DNA from: an uncultured Candidatus Saccharibacteria bacterium | GTDB taxonomy: Bacteria; Patescibacteriota; Minisyncoccia; Minisyncoccales; RBG-13-42-11 | DNA: 64,000 nucleotides | Direction of reading: 5' to 3' | Assembly (NCBI GenBank): GCA_964481125.1 | Contig: CAYZSL010000001.1 | Span: 34,468-98,467, forward strand | In this document: in pieces, positions 39,309 through 49,208 of the stretch | Numbering within the stretch: position 1 is the stretch's first letter | How the letters are laid out: every line of letters starts with the position of its first letter | Translations under genes and position numbers: made by a program | Notes under the pieces: generated by a model | Database searches by the model: none | What the model saw: the letters and a program-made list of their open reading frames with translations, nothing else | Told to the model about the DNA's origin: nothing

Positions 39309-40572
39309 ATTCCCTCATCTGCAGTTGAGCTTTAATTTGGCGCATGGAATCCAAAGCAACGGAAACAACGATCAATAAAGCTGTACCTCCGATTAAGAAG
39401 TTGAAAACCTGAATTCCGGTAATACCGCCGATAACAGAAGGCAAAACAGCGATAAGCCCCAAAAACAAAGCACCAACTAACAATACTCTGTTTAAGATAA
39501 AATACATGAAATTAGCCGTGTTTTCGCCAGGCCTGATGCCAGGGACAAATCCTCCCATTTTCTGCAGATTGGCAGAAATGGCTTTCGGATCAAAAGTAAC
39601 GGCTGTGTAGAAAAAAGTGAAGAGAACCACCAGAACAAAGTAAGCAATGCCGTAAAACCACTGATTGGCGAACAAATTCCCAATGGTTTGGGCGATAGAA
39701 CCGACCGTTCCGCCAACGCCTCCCAAAAAATTGGCAATCATTCCAGGAAAAAGCATGATTGATAAAGCAAAAATGATAGGGATAACGCCAGCTGGATTAA
39801 TATTTAAAGGCAGATAAGTGGAAACTCCGCCGTACATCTTCGTTCCCCTTACCCTTTTGGCATAGGAAACAGGAATATTACGACGGCCTTCGTTAATTAA
39901 AACAACTCCAGCAATAATAACCAAAGCCATGCCAAAGAAAAACAAATAAGCAGGAATATTGGCCGGGTCCCAGGTAACGATCATCTGCCTGATATTGTTT
40001 GGCACGTCAGCAATAATGCCGGCGAAAATCAAAAGAGAAACGCCATTGCCAACCCCCTTCTCTGAAATCAATTCTCCCAGCCACATTAAAAAGACAGTGC
40101 CTGCGGTAATGGTCAATATGGAAGTGAGAGTTAATTCCAAAGAAAGCTGGCCGATTATCTGCTGCCTCTGAAACAAAGTGAGCATGGCATAACCCTGCAA
40201 AAGGCCTAAAGGAATAGTCAAAAGTCTTCCGTATTGGTTGAACTTTTTCTTGCCTTGTTCCCCTTCTTCCTTATACATTCTTTCCAAAGCCGGAAATATC
40301 ATTGTTAAAAGCTGCATGATAATGACAGCCGTGATGTAGGGGCCCAAACCAAGCATAACAATGGAAAGCTTATCTAGGGCGCCTCCGGTAAACAGATTCA
40401 AAAGGCCGAAAATTTGGTTAGCGCCGAAAAATTCCTGTATTTTTTCAGCAGTAATGCCGGGAATCGGAATATTGGCCATTAATCTGAAAACAGCAAAAAC
40501 CCCGAGAATAAAAAGAATATTATTGCGTAAATCCTTGATCTTAAAAATTTGAATAATCTTCTGATACCACAT
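39295..40572 (-). CDS. secY: preprotein translocase subunit SecY
   Basis: 10-TM protein, start set to ATG 40572 (MWYQKIIQIF...), LGLGPYITAVIIMQLL, GGTALLIVV. Confidence 0.95.
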   Translation of the reverse strand: MWYQKIIQIFKIKDLRNNILFILGVFAVFRLMANIPIPGITAEKIQEFFGANQIFGLLNLFTGGALDKLSIVMLGLGPYITAVIIMQLLTMIFPALERMYKEEGEQGKKKFNQYGRLLTIPLGLLQGYAMLTLFQRQQIIGQLSLELTLTSILTITAGTVFLMWLGELISEKGVGNGVSLLIFAGIIADVPNNIRQMIVTWDPANIPAYLFFFGMALVIIAGVVLINEGRRNIPVSYAKRVRGTKMYGGVSTYLPLNINPAGVIPIIFALSIMLFPGMIANFLGGVGGTVGSIAQTIGNLFANQWFYGIAYFVLVVLFTFFYTAVTFDPKAISANLQKMGGFVPGIRPGENTANFMYFILNRVLLVGALFLGLIAVLPSVIGGITGIQVFNFLIGGTALLIVVSVALDSMRQIKAQLQMREYETF

Positions 40573-40574
40573 AG

Positions 40575-41021
40575 TTAAGTATTTATCTTGCCTCCCGCCT
40601 TTTCTATCTTTTCCTTGGCGGTTTTTGAAACAAGGCAATTCTCAAATTCTAACGCATGAGATATCTCTCCTTTGGCTAAAATTTTAACATTTATCCCTCT
40701 TTTTGATATTTTATGAAGAATACCCTTTTCAATCAATGTCTGGGGACTGACCTTTTCTCCGGTTTTAAACTTTTTTTCTATATCAGTTAAATTCAAAATC
40801 TCGGGTTTCGGCTTCTTGAATTTCGGCTTTAAACCCAAATGATGGCCTCTTAATTTAGGATATCTTTTAATCAGCTCTCGGATTGCCGGCTGGAATCTCC
40901 TGCCTGCCCTGGATCTCTGTCCCTTCATGCCTTTTCCAGAATAAGTGCCTCTTTTGCCTCCGCGTCCGACTCTTTTTGATTTTTTTGATTTGCCAATCGG
41001 CTTTAATTCGTGCAATTGCAT
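40575..41021 (-). CDS. rplO: 50S ribosomal protein L15
   Basis: MQLHELKP..RVGRGGKRGTYSGKGMKGQ. Confidence 0.95.
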   Translation of the reverse strand: MQLHELKPIGKSKKSKRVGRGGKRGTYSGKGMKGQRSRAGRRFQPAIRELIKRYPKLRGHHLGLKPKFKKPKPEILNLTDIEKKFKTGEKVSPQTLIEKGILHKISKRGINVKILAKGEISHALEFENCLVSKTAKEKIEKAGGKINT

Positions 41022-41025
41022 AATT

Positions 41026-41517
41026 TTATTTTGTTTTCGGACTTTTAACTTTCAGCTTTCTCAATGCAAGAATAGCTGCCTGGGCGTTGTTCAGCTTGTT
41101 TCCGGTCCTGCCCAGAATCTTGGAAGAAATGTTCTTTATACCGGCCAAAGTACAGATAACCCTGACCACTCCTCCGGCTACCAAACCCCTGCCTTTTCTC
41201 TGGGGTTTTAACATAACCTGGGCTGCTCCGAATTTGGCATAGCTTTCGTGAGGAATTGTATCTTCAACTATCGGAACTTGAATCAGATTTTTTTTGGCAA
41301 GCCTTGTCGCTTTTTCAACTGCTTGGGCCACGTCCAATCCCTTTGATACGCCGACTCCTATCTTGCCCTGCTTATTCCCGACAACAACCACTGCCCTGAA
41401 TCTGAGACGCTTGCCGCCAGCCGTTACCCTAGTTACCCTGGCCAAATCCAAAAGCTTAGAGTCAAACTCGTCCTTTATTCTTTCTACTCTGTTTCTTCTA
41501 AATTTATCTCTCATCAT
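41026..41517 (-). CDS. rpsE: 30S ribosomal protein S5
   Basis: VTRVTAGGKRLRFRAVVVVGNKQGKIGVGVSK. Confidence 0.95.
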   Translation of the reverse strand: MMRDKFRRNRVERIKDEFDSKLLDLARVTRVTAGGKRLRFRAVVVVGNKQGKIGVGVSKGLDVAQAVEKATRLAKKNLIQVPIVEDTIPHESYAKFGAAQVMLKPQRKGRGLVAGGVVRVICTLAGIKNISSKILGRTGNKLNNAQAAILALRKLKVKSPKTK

Positions 41518-41521
41518 AATT

Positions 41522-41860
41522 TTAAAAAATTAAACCTCCTTCTCTGGCGCCTTCAGCCAATTCTTTTACCTGGCCGTGATATTTGTAGCCTCCCCTGTCA
41601 AAAACAATCTTTTCAATTTTCAAATCTTTGGCTTTTTTGGCGATTGATTTGCCTATTTCTTTGGCCTTGCCTTCTTTAATTTTTTTAAAATCTGCATCGC
41701 TGGCAGAAGCCACTGTCTTGCCTTTTTCATCGTCAATCAATTGAGCATAGATATGCTTACCAGATTTAAAAACGCAAAGTCTGGGTTTTTCTTTTGTTCC
41801 AAAAACCCTGGATCTTATCTTTTTGTGGCGTCTTTGTCTTTTTTGCTGCTTAATTAACAT
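41522..41860 (-). CDS. rplR: 50S ribosomal protein L18
   Basis: [58 protein letters not shown]. Confidence 0.95.
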   Translation of the reverse strand: MLIKQQKRQRRHKKIRSRVFGTKEKPRLCVFKSGKHIYAQLIDDEKGKTVASASDADFKKIKEGKAKEIGKSIAKKAKDLKIEKIVFDRGGYKYHGQVKELAEGAREGGLIF

Positions 41861-41862
41861 AA

Positions 41863-42444
41863 TTATTTAGTGCCGGCCGTCACTACTTTTTTGCCGACTT
41901 TTCTCCTGATTATTTCTCCCTGATACTTTAACCCTTTTCCCTTATATGGTTCGGCCGGCTTAACTTTCCTTAAAATTGAAGCGAATTGACCGACTAAATC
42001 CTTTTTAATTCCGGAAATAGCGATAACGTTCTTTTGTATTGAAACATTAAGACCTTCCGGAATCTTTGTCTTTACCGGCTCGCTGAAACCGACAGATAAA
42101 GATACCTCCTGGCCAACCACTTCTGCTTTAAAACCGACTCCTTCAATCTCCAATTTTTTCTCAAAGTCAGAAACAACTCCCTTAACCATATTCTCTATCA
42201 TCATTCTTGTCATCCCCCACAAAGATTTTACCTGCTTTGCCTTTCTGCCGGAAATCTTTTTTTTCTCTAATATTTCCTTTTGCGGCAAAACAAATATTTT
42301 ATCTTCTTTCATTTCAATGCTAATTTCCGGTCGAAAATCTTTTGAAATTTCGCCTTTCGGGCCCTTAACCGTTACCTTGTTGCCCTGTATTTTTATCTCA
42401 ACTCCCTGCGGTATTAAAATTGGTTTTTTGCCGACTCGCGACAT
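41863..42444 (-). CDS. rplF: 50S ribosomal protein L6
   Basis: [29 protein letters not shown]; start set to ATG 42444. Confidence 0.94.
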   Translation of the reverse strand: MSRVGKKPILIPQGVEIKIQGNKVTVKGPKGEISKDFRPEISIEMKEDKIFVLPQKEILEKKKISGRKAKQVKSLWGMTRMMIENMVKGVVSDFEKKLEIEGVGFKAEVVGQEVSLSVGFSEPVKTKIPEGLNVSIQKNVIAISGIKKDLVGQFASILRKVKPAEPYKGKGLKYQGEIIRRKVGKKVVTAGTK

Positions 42445-42449
42445 TAGTT

Positions 42450-42839
42450 CTACCATATTTCACATAAAATTTCTCCTCCCCTTTTTTGTTTTCTGGCTTC
42501 CCTATCTGTCATTAAGCCTTTTGACGTGGAAATAATTGCCATGCCGTGGCCGTCTTTCACTCTTTTTATCCGGGTTGAATTAACGTAAATCCTCTGACCG
42601 GGTTTGGAAACCTTTTTCAATCCGGAAATTGCCGGAATCTTATCTTCATACTTTAAAGTGATTTCCATGGTTTTCCTGTTTTTCCTGCCCTTTTTTTCAA
42701 TCCCGCTGATAAAGCCTTGCCTCTCCAATAATTTAGCTATCTCGTATTTTAAATTAGAAAAAACAACCTCGACTGTCGGATGATTGACAGCTTGAGCGTT
42801 TTTTATTGTATTTAACATGTCTGCTACTGGATCTGTCAT
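42450..42839 (-). CDS. rpsH: 30S ribosomal protein S8
   Basis: MTDPVADMLNTIKNA, GGEILCEIW. Confidence 0.95.
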   Translation of the reverse strand: MTDPVADMLNTIKNAQAVNHPTVEVVFSNLKYEIAKLLERQGFISGIEKKGRKNRKTMEITLKYEDKIPAISGLKKVSKPGQRIYVNSTRIKRVKDGHGMAIISTSKGLMTDREARKQKRGGEILCEIW

Positions 42840-42845
42840 ATATTT

Positions 42846-43031
42846 TTACCAACTGCTTTTTTTAACTCCTGGTATTAATCCTTGATTGGCCATTTCCCTG
42901 AAGCAAATCCTGCATAATCCGAATTTCCTCATATATGCCCTTTTCCTGCCGCACCTGAAACAGCGCCTGACTACCCGGCTTTTGTATTTTGGCTTTTTCT
43001 TTGATTTTTCTATTTGTGATTTTGTCGCCAT
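42846..43031 (-). CDS. rpsN: 30S ribosomal protein S14, zinc-binding type Z (61 aa)
   Basis: [23 protein letters not shown]. Confidence 0.95.
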   Translation of the reverse strand: MATKSQIEKSKKKPKYKSRVVRRCFRCGRKRAYMRKFGLCRICFREMANQGLIPGVKKSSW

Positions 43032-43036
43032 ATTTC

Positions 43037-43594
43037 CTATTTTTTAATGGGAAATCCCAATAATTTAAATAATTCCAATCCTTCTTCTTTAGTTTTGGCA
43101 TTAGTGGCCACGGTGATTTCCAGGCCGAAAATGTTCCTGGCTTTTTCCGGCAGAATTTCAGGAAAAGCAATATGCTCTTTTATGGCAATAGTTAAATTTC
43201 CCTGCCCGTCAACCGAATCCTGGGGAATCCCCCTGAAATCCCTTGTCCTGGGAAGAACAATATTAATAAATCTTTCTAAAAAATCCTGCATTCTTTTTCC
43301 CCTTAAAGTAACTTTTGCGCCCAGAGCCATGCCTTCGCGAATTTTGAAGCTTGAAATGGCTTTTTTCGCGTAGGTTTTTACAGCTTTCTGGCCGCAAATC
43401 AAAGTAAGATCTCCTGCAATAAAATCAGCTGTCTTTTTCTGCTCATCGTTCGTCTTACCGACCACCTGCCTGCCGAAACCAGTGTTAACCACCACCTTCT
43501 CCAACCTTGGTACGGCCATAATGCTCTTGTAACCGAACTTCTCCATCATCTGGGGAATTGCTTCTTTTTTGTATTTTTCGACTATCTTCATCAT
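43037..43594 (-). CDS. rplE: 50S ribosomal protein L5
   Basis: [13 protein letters not shown], start set to ATG 43594 just after rplX stop. Confidence 0.94.
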   Translation of the reverse strand: MMKIVEKYKKEAIPQMMEKFGYKSIMAVPRLEKVVVNTGFGRQVVGKTNDEQKKTADFIAGDLTLICGQKAVKTYAKKAISSFKIREGMALGAKVTLRGKRMQDFLERFINIVLPRTRDFRGIPQDSVDGQGNLTIAIKEHIAFPEILPEKARNIFGLEITVATNAKTKEEGLELFKLLGFPIKK

Positions 43595-43598
43595 AAAT

Positions 43599-43919
43599 TT
43601 AAGTTTCCTGGCTGCATTTCTTGCAGACTCTGACTTTTGATTTCTCACCCTTGGTGTTTGTCGTTAATTTGTATCCTGTTCTTGTCGGCTTGCCGCACTT
43701 TGAACAAATCAATTTTACACTAGAAACGGAAACAGCGCCAGGCAAAGTAATAATCTGGCCCTTTTCTCCGGATTTTTTCGGTCTTTTGTGCTTTTTCCTC
43801 AAATTAACGCCCTCTACCATCAATCTATTTTCTTTGGGAAAAACCTGAAGAATTTTTCCTCTTTTTCCCCGATCTTTTCCGGAAACTACTAAAATTGTAT
43901 CGCCCTTTTTAATCTTCAT
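43599..43919 (-). CDS. rplX: 50S ribosomal protein L24
   Basis: [27 protein letters not shown] motif. Confidence 0.95.
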   Translation of the reverse strand: MKIKKGDTILVVSGKDRGKRGKILQVFPKENRLMVEGVNLRKKHKRPKKSGEKGQIITLPGAVSVSSVKLICSKCGKPTRTGYKLTTNTKGEKSKVRVCKKCSQET

Positions 43920-44287
43920 ATAATTTCAGTTGCCAAAGAGGCTATTTTTTCAAAACCTTTTTCCCTAATTTCCCTTGGAATCGGACCGAGAATCCTTCCG
44001 CCTTTGGGCTCTTTGGTTTTGGCTTCCAAAATAACAGCCGCGTTTTCATCAAACCTGATATATGTGCCGTCAGCCCTGCGGAAATTCTTTTTCTGGCGGA
44101 CTATCACTGCCCTGACAACCTCGTGCTTTTTGACTATTCTCCTAGGTTCAGCTTCCTTAACCGCGGCCACAATCACGTCGCCTATCTGGGCATAACGCCT
44201 TTTCGTTCCTCCTAAAACATGAAAGCACTGGATTATCTTTGCTCCGGTATTGTCAATGATTTTCAATTTTGTTCTTGGTTGAATCAT
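43916..44287 (-). CDS. rplN: 50S ribosomal protein L14
   Basis: [17 protein letters not shown]. Confidence 0.96.
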   Translation of the reverse strand: MIQPRTKLKIIDNTGAKIIQCFHVLGGTKRRYAQIGDVIVAAVKEAEPRRIVKKHEVVRAVIVRQKKNFRRADGTYIRFDENAAVILEAKTKEPKGGRILGPIPREIREKGFEKIASLATEII

Positions 44288-44289
44288 AT

Positions 44290-44529
44290 TTATTTAGCCA
44301 ATTTTTTAACAACTTTCCATTTTTTGTCTTTGGAAAGCGGCCTGCATTCTTCAATAACAACCTTATCTCCCGGTAAAAAATCCCCTTCCTCAACATGGGC
44401 TTTGTAGTTCTTGTGGACCCTGAACCTTCTTTTGTATTTGGGATGCTCTTTCAATCTTTCAATTCTAACGACAACCGTCTTTTGCATCTTATTTGAAATG
44501 ATATTTCCGATTAATTGTTTCTTTGGCAT
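44290..44529 (-). CDS. rpsQ: 30S ribosomal protein S17
   Basis: [27 protein letters not shown]. Confidence 0.95.
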   Translation of the reverse strand: MPKKQLIGNIISNKMQKTVVVRIERLKEHPKYKRRFRVHKNYKAHVEEGDFLPGDKVVIEECRPLSKDKKWKVVKKLAK

Positions 44530-44531
44530 AG

Positions 44532-44714
44532 TTATTTGGCTAATATGGTTAATATCTGGGAAATTTCTTTTTTAATTCTGCGGATTTCCCTGACGTTTTT
44601 TACTTTTCCAGCAGCTAAATCAAACCTAAGCTGCCTTGTTTTTTCCCTATTGTCTCTCAAAATCTTTTGCAGCTCTTCTTTCGGTTTTTTTATCAATTCA
44701 TCAATCTTTTTCAT
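44532..44714 (-). CDS. rpmC: 50S ribosomal protein L29
   Basis: 60 aa, ELQKILRDNREKTRQLRFDLAAGKVKN; operon position. Confidence 0.92.
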   Translation of the reverse strand: MKKIDELIKKPKEELQKILRDNREKTRQLRFDLAAGKVKNVREIRRIKKEISQILTILAK

Positions 44715-44717
44715 AGT

Positions 44718-45128
44718 TTATCTTTGAATTATCTTTGTTTTAATCGGCAGTTTATCTGCTGCTTTTCCGAAAGCTTCTTTGACAACTTCTTCTTTCAAAC
44801 CGTCCAATTCAAAAATTATCCTGCCGGGTTTAACTGGAAAAACGTAATGATCAACGCTTCCCTTGCCTCCGCCCATGGGAACCTCTGTTCCTTTTTGGGT
44901 TACTGGTTTATCCGGAAAAATCCTGATCCAAAGCTTTCCTCCTTTTTTAAGGTATCTGAGAATGGCTCGTCTGGATGCTTCTAGCTGTCTGGCTGTAACC
45001 CAGAGAGTCTGTAAAGAAACCAATCCGAAAGAACCGAAAGACAATTTGTTTCCCCGGGTTTCTATACCTTTGGATCGTCCCCTGCGCCACTTCCTGTGTT
45101 TAACTTTTTTGGGCATTAATATGGACAT
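44718..45128 (-). CDS. rplP: 50S ribosomal protein L16
   Basis: MPKKVKHRKWRRGR, ARQLEASRRA, MGGGKGS. Confidence 0.95.
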   Translation of the reverse strand: MSILMPKKVKHRKWRRGRSKGIETRGNKLSFGSFGLVSLQTLWVTARQLEASRRAILRYLKKGGKLWIRIFPDKPVTQKGTEVPMGGGKGSVDHYVFPVKPGRIIFELDGLKEEVVKEAFGKAADKLPIKTKIIQR

Positions 45129-45133
45129 AGTTT

Positions 45134-45781
45134 TTAATCAAATTTATCCCCTTTATATATCCAAACCTTTATACCTATTGTTCCGTAAGTGCAGAAAGCT
45201 TGGTCTTGGATAAAATCAATGTCAGCTCTTATCGTCTGGCGAGGCAGCCTGCCTTTTTGCAGCCATTCTCTCCTGGCAATTTCTGCGCCATTCAATCTTC
45301 CTTTCATCTCAATCCTGGCTCCCTTGACCTGTTTTGACAAAGAAATCTTTTCCAGAGTTTGCTTCAAAACCTTTCTGAAAGGAACTCTCTTTTCAATTTG
45401 CTGGGCAATGTATTGGGCAGACAAAGCAGCTGAAGACCAGACATCCTTGATTTCCCTTATCTCAATCCTAACTTCCTTCTTGGCCTTACTGTCCTCTAAA
45501 ACTTTCATTTCCAGCCCCTTTTTCATTTCTTCAATACCTGAACCTCCCCGGCCGATAATCAATCCTGGCCTGGCACTAAAAATAATAATATTCAGCTTAC
45601 CGGCAAATCTTTCAATTTCAACCTTTTCCACTCCCAACTTGCCGATTTTCTTTTTAAGGTATTCCCTAATTTTAAAATCCTCCTCCAAGTATTTGGGGAA
45701 ATTCTTTTGATCAAACCATCGCGAATTCCAATTTGCAAGATCTCTCAGCCTGTATGATTTTGGGTGAACTTTGTGTGCCAT
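45134..45781 (-). CDS. rpsC: 30S ribosomal protein S3
   Basis: MAHKVHPKSYRL, KH domain, GRLNGAEIARRE. Confidence 0.95.
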   Translation of the reverse strand: MAHKVHPKSYRLRDLANWNSRWFDQKNFPKYLEEDFKIREYLKKKIGKLGVEKVEIERFAGKLNIIIFSARPGLIIGRGGSGIEEMKKGLEMKVLEDSKAKKEVRIEIREIKDVWSSAALSAQYIAQQIEKRVPFRKVLKQTLEKISLSKQVKGARIEMKGRLNGAEIARREWLQKGRLPRQTIRADIDFIQDQAFCTYGTIGIKVWIYKGDKFD

Positions 45782-45787
45782 ATGGTT

Positions 45788-46312
45788 TTAAAATGCTTTT
45801 CTTCTGAAAATACGGTCTATTCCCTTTTGGCTCCTTGGCTTTTTCTCTTCGAGCTTCGGCCTGAATTTTTCCCTGTCTGGCAGAGTTTTCTCGGTTTTCA
45901 AGGGCTTTTTCTCTTCTTTTGCCACTTCTGCGGCCTTTTCAACCAAGGGTTTTTTAACTTTCGCTTTTTTCTTGGTTTTGGTTTTTTCGTCAAGAACAAG
46001 AATGATATGGGAAGTTTTTTTCTGAATCTCGTAAGCCTGGCCCTTAGAACGGGCTCTCCACCTCTTGAATTTCGGACCTTCGTCAACCATGATTTTTGAA
46101 ATATATAAATTGTCAGGTTCTAACTGGAAAAGATTCTGGGCACTGGTCACAGCCTGTTTTAAAAGTTTTGCCAAAGGCAAGGAAGATTTCTTCACAGCAA
46201 AATTAAGCAAGTTTTCTGCCTCTTTCACTGATTTTCCCCTTATCAAATCCGCTGTCAAACGAACCTTTCTGGGAGCTATTCTTAAATAATTTAATTTAGC
46301 TGTAACCGGCAT
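45788..46312 (-). CDS. rplV: 50S ribosomal protein L22 with ~60-aa Lys-rich C-terminal extension
   Basis: NYLRIAPRKVRLTADLIRGKSV core; tail KTKTKKKAKVKKPLVEKAAEVAKEEKKP... Confidence 0.93.
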   Translation of the reverse strand: MPVTAKLNYLRIAPRKVRLTADLIRGKSVKEAENLLNFAVKKSSLPLAKLLKQAVTSAQNLFQLEPDNLYISKIMVDEGPKFKRWRARSKGQAYEIQKKTSHIILVLDEKTKTKKKAKVKKPLVEKAAEVAKEEKKPLKTEKTLPDREKFRPKLEEKKPRSQKGIDRIFRRKAF

Positions 46313-46316
46313 ATTT

Positions 46317-46631
46317 TTATTTTTCAGGTGTTTCGGCTGCTTTTTCTGAAGCTTTTGATTCTAATTCTCTCTGCATCCTTCCGCCGTGCCTACCGAATTT
46401 AGTGGTCGGAGAAAATTCGCCCAGCTTATGGCCGACCATATTTTCTGCCGCTTTAACTGTAATGAATTCCCTGCCGTTATGGACGCCGAAAGTAAAACCA
46501 ATCATTTCAGGAGTAATTGTTGACCTTCTTGACCAGGTTTTAATAATTTCCTTGCCCTCAGGTTTCAAATTCTTTATCTTTTTTAATAATTTTTCGTCCA
46601 CAAAAGGACCTTTCTTAATTGATCTTGACAT
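46317..46631 (-). CDS. rpsS: 30S ribosomal protein S19
   Basis: [28 protein letters not shown]. Confidence 0.95.
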   Translation of the reverse strand: MSRSIKKGPFVDEKLLKKIKNLKPEGKEIIKTWSRRSTITPEMIGFTFGVHNGREFITVKAAENMVGHKLGEFSPTTKFGRHGGRMQRELESKASEKAAETPEK

Positions 46632-46632
46632 A

Positions 46633-47412
46633 TTATTTCTTCTTGTGTTTTCTCCTTTGAATGATTAATTTGCTTGTCCACTTCTTTTTTCTTGTCCTGA
46701 CTCCCATTGCTATCTTGCCCCAAGGAGTTTTCGCATGCTTCATACCGATTGAAGATCTTCCCTCTCCTCCGCCGTGAGGATGATCGCAAGGATTCATGGT
46801 CGTGCCCCTGACTGTCGGCCTTATGCCCTTATGTCTCGTTCTTCCTGCCTTTCCCACCTTGATAAACTTGTGTTCGGGAAAAGAAACCTGTCCGATTGAA
46901 GCGCAACATTCAGCTAATATTTTTCTTGTCTCAGTGGAAGGAAAAATTAAATGGGTATACTTTCCTTCCTGAGCAACAACCCTGGCAGAAGTGCCCGCTC
47001 CCTTTACCAATTTTCCGCCCCTGCCAGGCTCCATTTCAATATTATATACCTGAGTTCCGACAGGAATGTTCTTTAATTTCATTCTGTTTCCTGTTTTTAT
47101 CTCTGCTTTTTCGGAACAAATCACGCTGTCTCCGACTTTCAACCCATGAGGGCAAATTCTATATCTTTTTTCTCCATTGTCATACTGCAAAAGACAGATA
47201 AAAGAAGTTCTGTAAGGATCATATTCAATGGCTAAAACTTTGGCCGGAGAATCCAACCTCTCCTGGCCGAAATCAACGATTCTGTAAAGCCGCTTTGCTC
47301 CGCCGCCCTTGTGCCTGACAGTAATCCTGCCCCGAGAATCGCGGCCCGCCCTTCTTTTCAAAGACAAAAGCAGGTTTTTCTCCGGTTGCTTTTTTGATAA
47401 TATCTTTTTCAT
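46633..47412 (-). CDS. rplB: 50S ribosomal protein L2
   Basis: [30 protein letters not shown]. Confidence 0.95.
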   Translation of the reverse strand: MKKILSKKQPEKNLLLSLKRRAGRDSRGRITVRHKGGGAKRLYRIVDFGQERLDSPAKVLAIEYDPYRTSFICLLQYDNGEKRYRICPHGLKVGDSVICSEKAEIKTGNRMKLKNIPVGTQVYNIEMEPGRGGKLVKGAGTSARVVAQEGKYTHLIFPSTETRKILAECCASIGQVSFPEHKFIKVGKAGRTRHKGIRPTVRGTTMNPCDHPHGGGEGRSSIGMKHAKTPWGKIAMGVRTRKKKWTSKLIIQRRKHKKK

Positions 47413-47414
47413 AA

Positions 47415-47834
47415 TTAACGTGGCAATAATTCAATTTTCTGGCCTTTTTTTACCTTGGCTATCGCTTTTTTATAACCTGGTTTCATTCCTTTAGTCTTGC
47501 CTATCCTTCTTTCTTTGGCAGAAACGTTGATAATCTTGACTGAAACAATTTCGACTCCGTAAGCATTCTCTATCGCTTTTTTCACTTCTGTTTTATTGGC
47601 TCTTCCAAAAACCCTGAAAGTATACTGGTTTTTTTCCGCCAAATCAGAAGCTTTTTCAGCAACGTGGGGATTTCTTAAAATCTTATAGCCCTCCCCTATC
47701 TTTATCGCTTTCTTGATCTTTAAACCCTCTTCTTTAACTGTTTTCTTTTCAGGCTTTATTTCTTTAACTTTTTTCGGTTTTTCTTTCTTAACCGGAACAG
47801 CAGTCTTCTTTTTAAAAATATCTAAAATAGCCAT
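47415..47834 (-). CDS. rplW: 50S ribosomal protein L23 with Lys-rich N-terminal extension
   Basis: ILRNPHVAEKASDLAEKNQYTFRV core preceded by ~45 aa of K/E-rich sequence. Confidence 0.92.
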   Translation of the reverse strand: MAILDIFKKKTAVPVKKEKPKKVKEIKPEKKTVKEEGLKIKKAIKIGEGYKILRNPHVAEKASDLAEKNQYTFRVFGRANKTEVKKAIENAYGVEIVSVKIINVSAKERRIGKTKGMKPGYKKAIAKVKKGQKIELLPR

Positions 47835-47838
47835 ACAA

Positions 47839-48468
47839 TTATTTCAAAAAAGTTTCTTTTATCAATTTGATCGCTTCTTTGGGCATGATTAAGTATTTAA
47901 AAGAAAGTATGTCCAAAGCGTTCAAGTCTTTAGCCTGAATTGTCTCAATAGTAGCGATATTCTTGCTGGAAATTATAAGGTTTTTATCCATTTTGGGTAG
48001 AACAAGCAAAGCACTCTGTTTTTTGACGGGAAGCTTTTCCAAAACAGCTACCATTAATTTTGTTTTTGCCTTTTCCAGCTTCAAATCTTCCAAGACAACC
48101 ATCATATTGTTTTTTACCTTGCCAGATAAAACCATCAGCAAAGCGCTTCTCTTAACTTTCTTATCTATCTTCTTTTTAAAAACTCTTTCTTTTCTCGGAC
48201 CGAAGGTTATGCCTCCCCCGCGCCATATCGGAGAACGACGGGAACCGTGTCTGGCACGGCCTGTTCCTTTCTGCCTCCAGGGTTTTCTTCCTCCTCCCCT
48301 GACCTCTCCTCTGGTCTTGGCGTTGGCTAAAACCTGCCTGCGGTTTGCCATCTGTGAAACAACAACCTGCTGAACCAGTGGCGGATTTATCTTTACGTCA
48401 AAAATCTCCTTTGGCAGCAAAGTATTTCCGATTTCTTTTCCTTCTTGATTGTAAACATTAATTTTCAT
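47839..48468 (-). CDS. rplD: 50S ribosomal protein L4
   Basis: TRGEVRGGGRKPWRQKGTGRARHGSRRSPIWRGGG. Confidence 0.95.
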   Translation of the reverse strand: MKINVYNQEGKEIGNTLLPKEIFDVKINPPLVQQVVVSQMANRRQVLANAKTRGEVRGGGRKPWRQKGTGRARHGSRRSPIWRGGGITFGPRKERVFKKKIDKKVKRSALLMVLSGKVKNNMMVVLEDLKLEKAKTKLMVAVLEKLPVKKQSALLVLPKMDKNLIISSKNIATIETIQAKDLNALDILSFKYLIMPKEAIKLIKETFLK

Positions 48469-48470
48469 AA

Positions 48471-49058
48471 TTATCCTTTAATTTCCAATAATCCTCCTAT
48501 TGATCCGGCAATCGCTCCTTTTACCGCCAATAAATTGTTCTCTTTATCAATTTTAACAATTTTCAAATTCTTGATGGTTTTCCTTTCTCCGCCCATTCGG
48601 CCAGGCATCTTTCTGCCTTTGATCACCCTTTCCGGGAAAGAGGTTCCTGTAGAGCCCAAACTTCTCTGTTCATGCTTTGTGCCGTGGGTAGCCGGACGCC
48701 CGGAAAATCCCCACCTTTTCACTCCTCCCTGAAAGCCCTTTCCTTTTGAAGTGCTGGAAATCTTAACTTTGTCCCCTTCTTCAAAAACAGAAACATTTAT
48801 CTCGTCTCCTTGTTTCATCTCGCTTTTTTCATCGATCCTAAATTCTTTTAAATATCTGAATTCTTTTCCTTTTTCTGTTTTCTTAGGTTTCTTTTTTTTG
48901 ACAAAACCAACCTGAACAGCCCGATATCTGTCTTTTTCATTCGTCTTTATTTGGGTAATATAGCAGGGGCCGGCCTCAATCAGGGTGACCGGAATAACTT
49001 TTCCTTCTTCATCGAAAATCTGCGACATTCCCAGTTTTTTTCCTAAAATGAATTTCAT
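48471..49058 (-). CDS. rplC: 50S ribosomal protein L3
   Basis: MKFILGKKLGMSQIFDEEGKVIPVT, GKGFQGGVKRWGF; ATG 49058 preferred over TTG 49073. Confidence 0.94.
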   Translation of the reverse strand: MKFILGKKLGMSQIFDEEGKVIPVTLIEAGPCYITQIKTNEKDRYRAVQVGFVKKKKPKKTEKGKEFRYLKEFRIDEKSEMKQGDEINVSVFEEGDKVKISSTSKGKGFQGGVKRWGFSGRPATHGTKHEQRSLGSTGTSFPERVIKGRKMPGRMGGERKTIKNLKIVKIDKENNLLAVKGAIAGSIGGLLEIKG

Positions 49059-49068
49059 AAAAACTTTT

Positions 49069-49098
49069 CTCAAATAAAATACGGGGATTCTAACCCCG
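49069..49098 (-). terminator. terminator-like hairpin directly upstream of rplC (possible attenuator)
   Basis: Minus strand CGGGG-UUAGAAU-CCCCG (49098-49082) followed by U-rich UAUUUUAUUU. Confidence 0.5.
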
Positions 49099-49165
49099 CA
49101 TTCATTCTCATAAGGTTAGCTTGACTGATTACTTCATGAAGTTTTCTGCATAATTGTTTCTAATC

Positions 49166-49194
49166 ATAATATCACTAAAATGAGAATTTGTAAA
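49166..49194 (-). promoter_or_regulatory. candidate internal promoter between rpsJ and rplC
   Basis: Minus strand TTTACA (49194-49189) - 17 nt - TATTAT (49171-49166). Confidence 0.35.
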
Positions 49195-49208
49195 TTCCTT
49201 TTGGCCGA

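Noticed and set aside
42862-43170. 102-aa same-strand ORF overlapping rpsN and rplE in another frame. Similar cases occur at 46583-46789, 45898-46086, 16852-17061 and 39492-39737.
   Set aside because: These are alternative frames inside strongly conserved genes. They are basic low-complexity translations with no independent signals.
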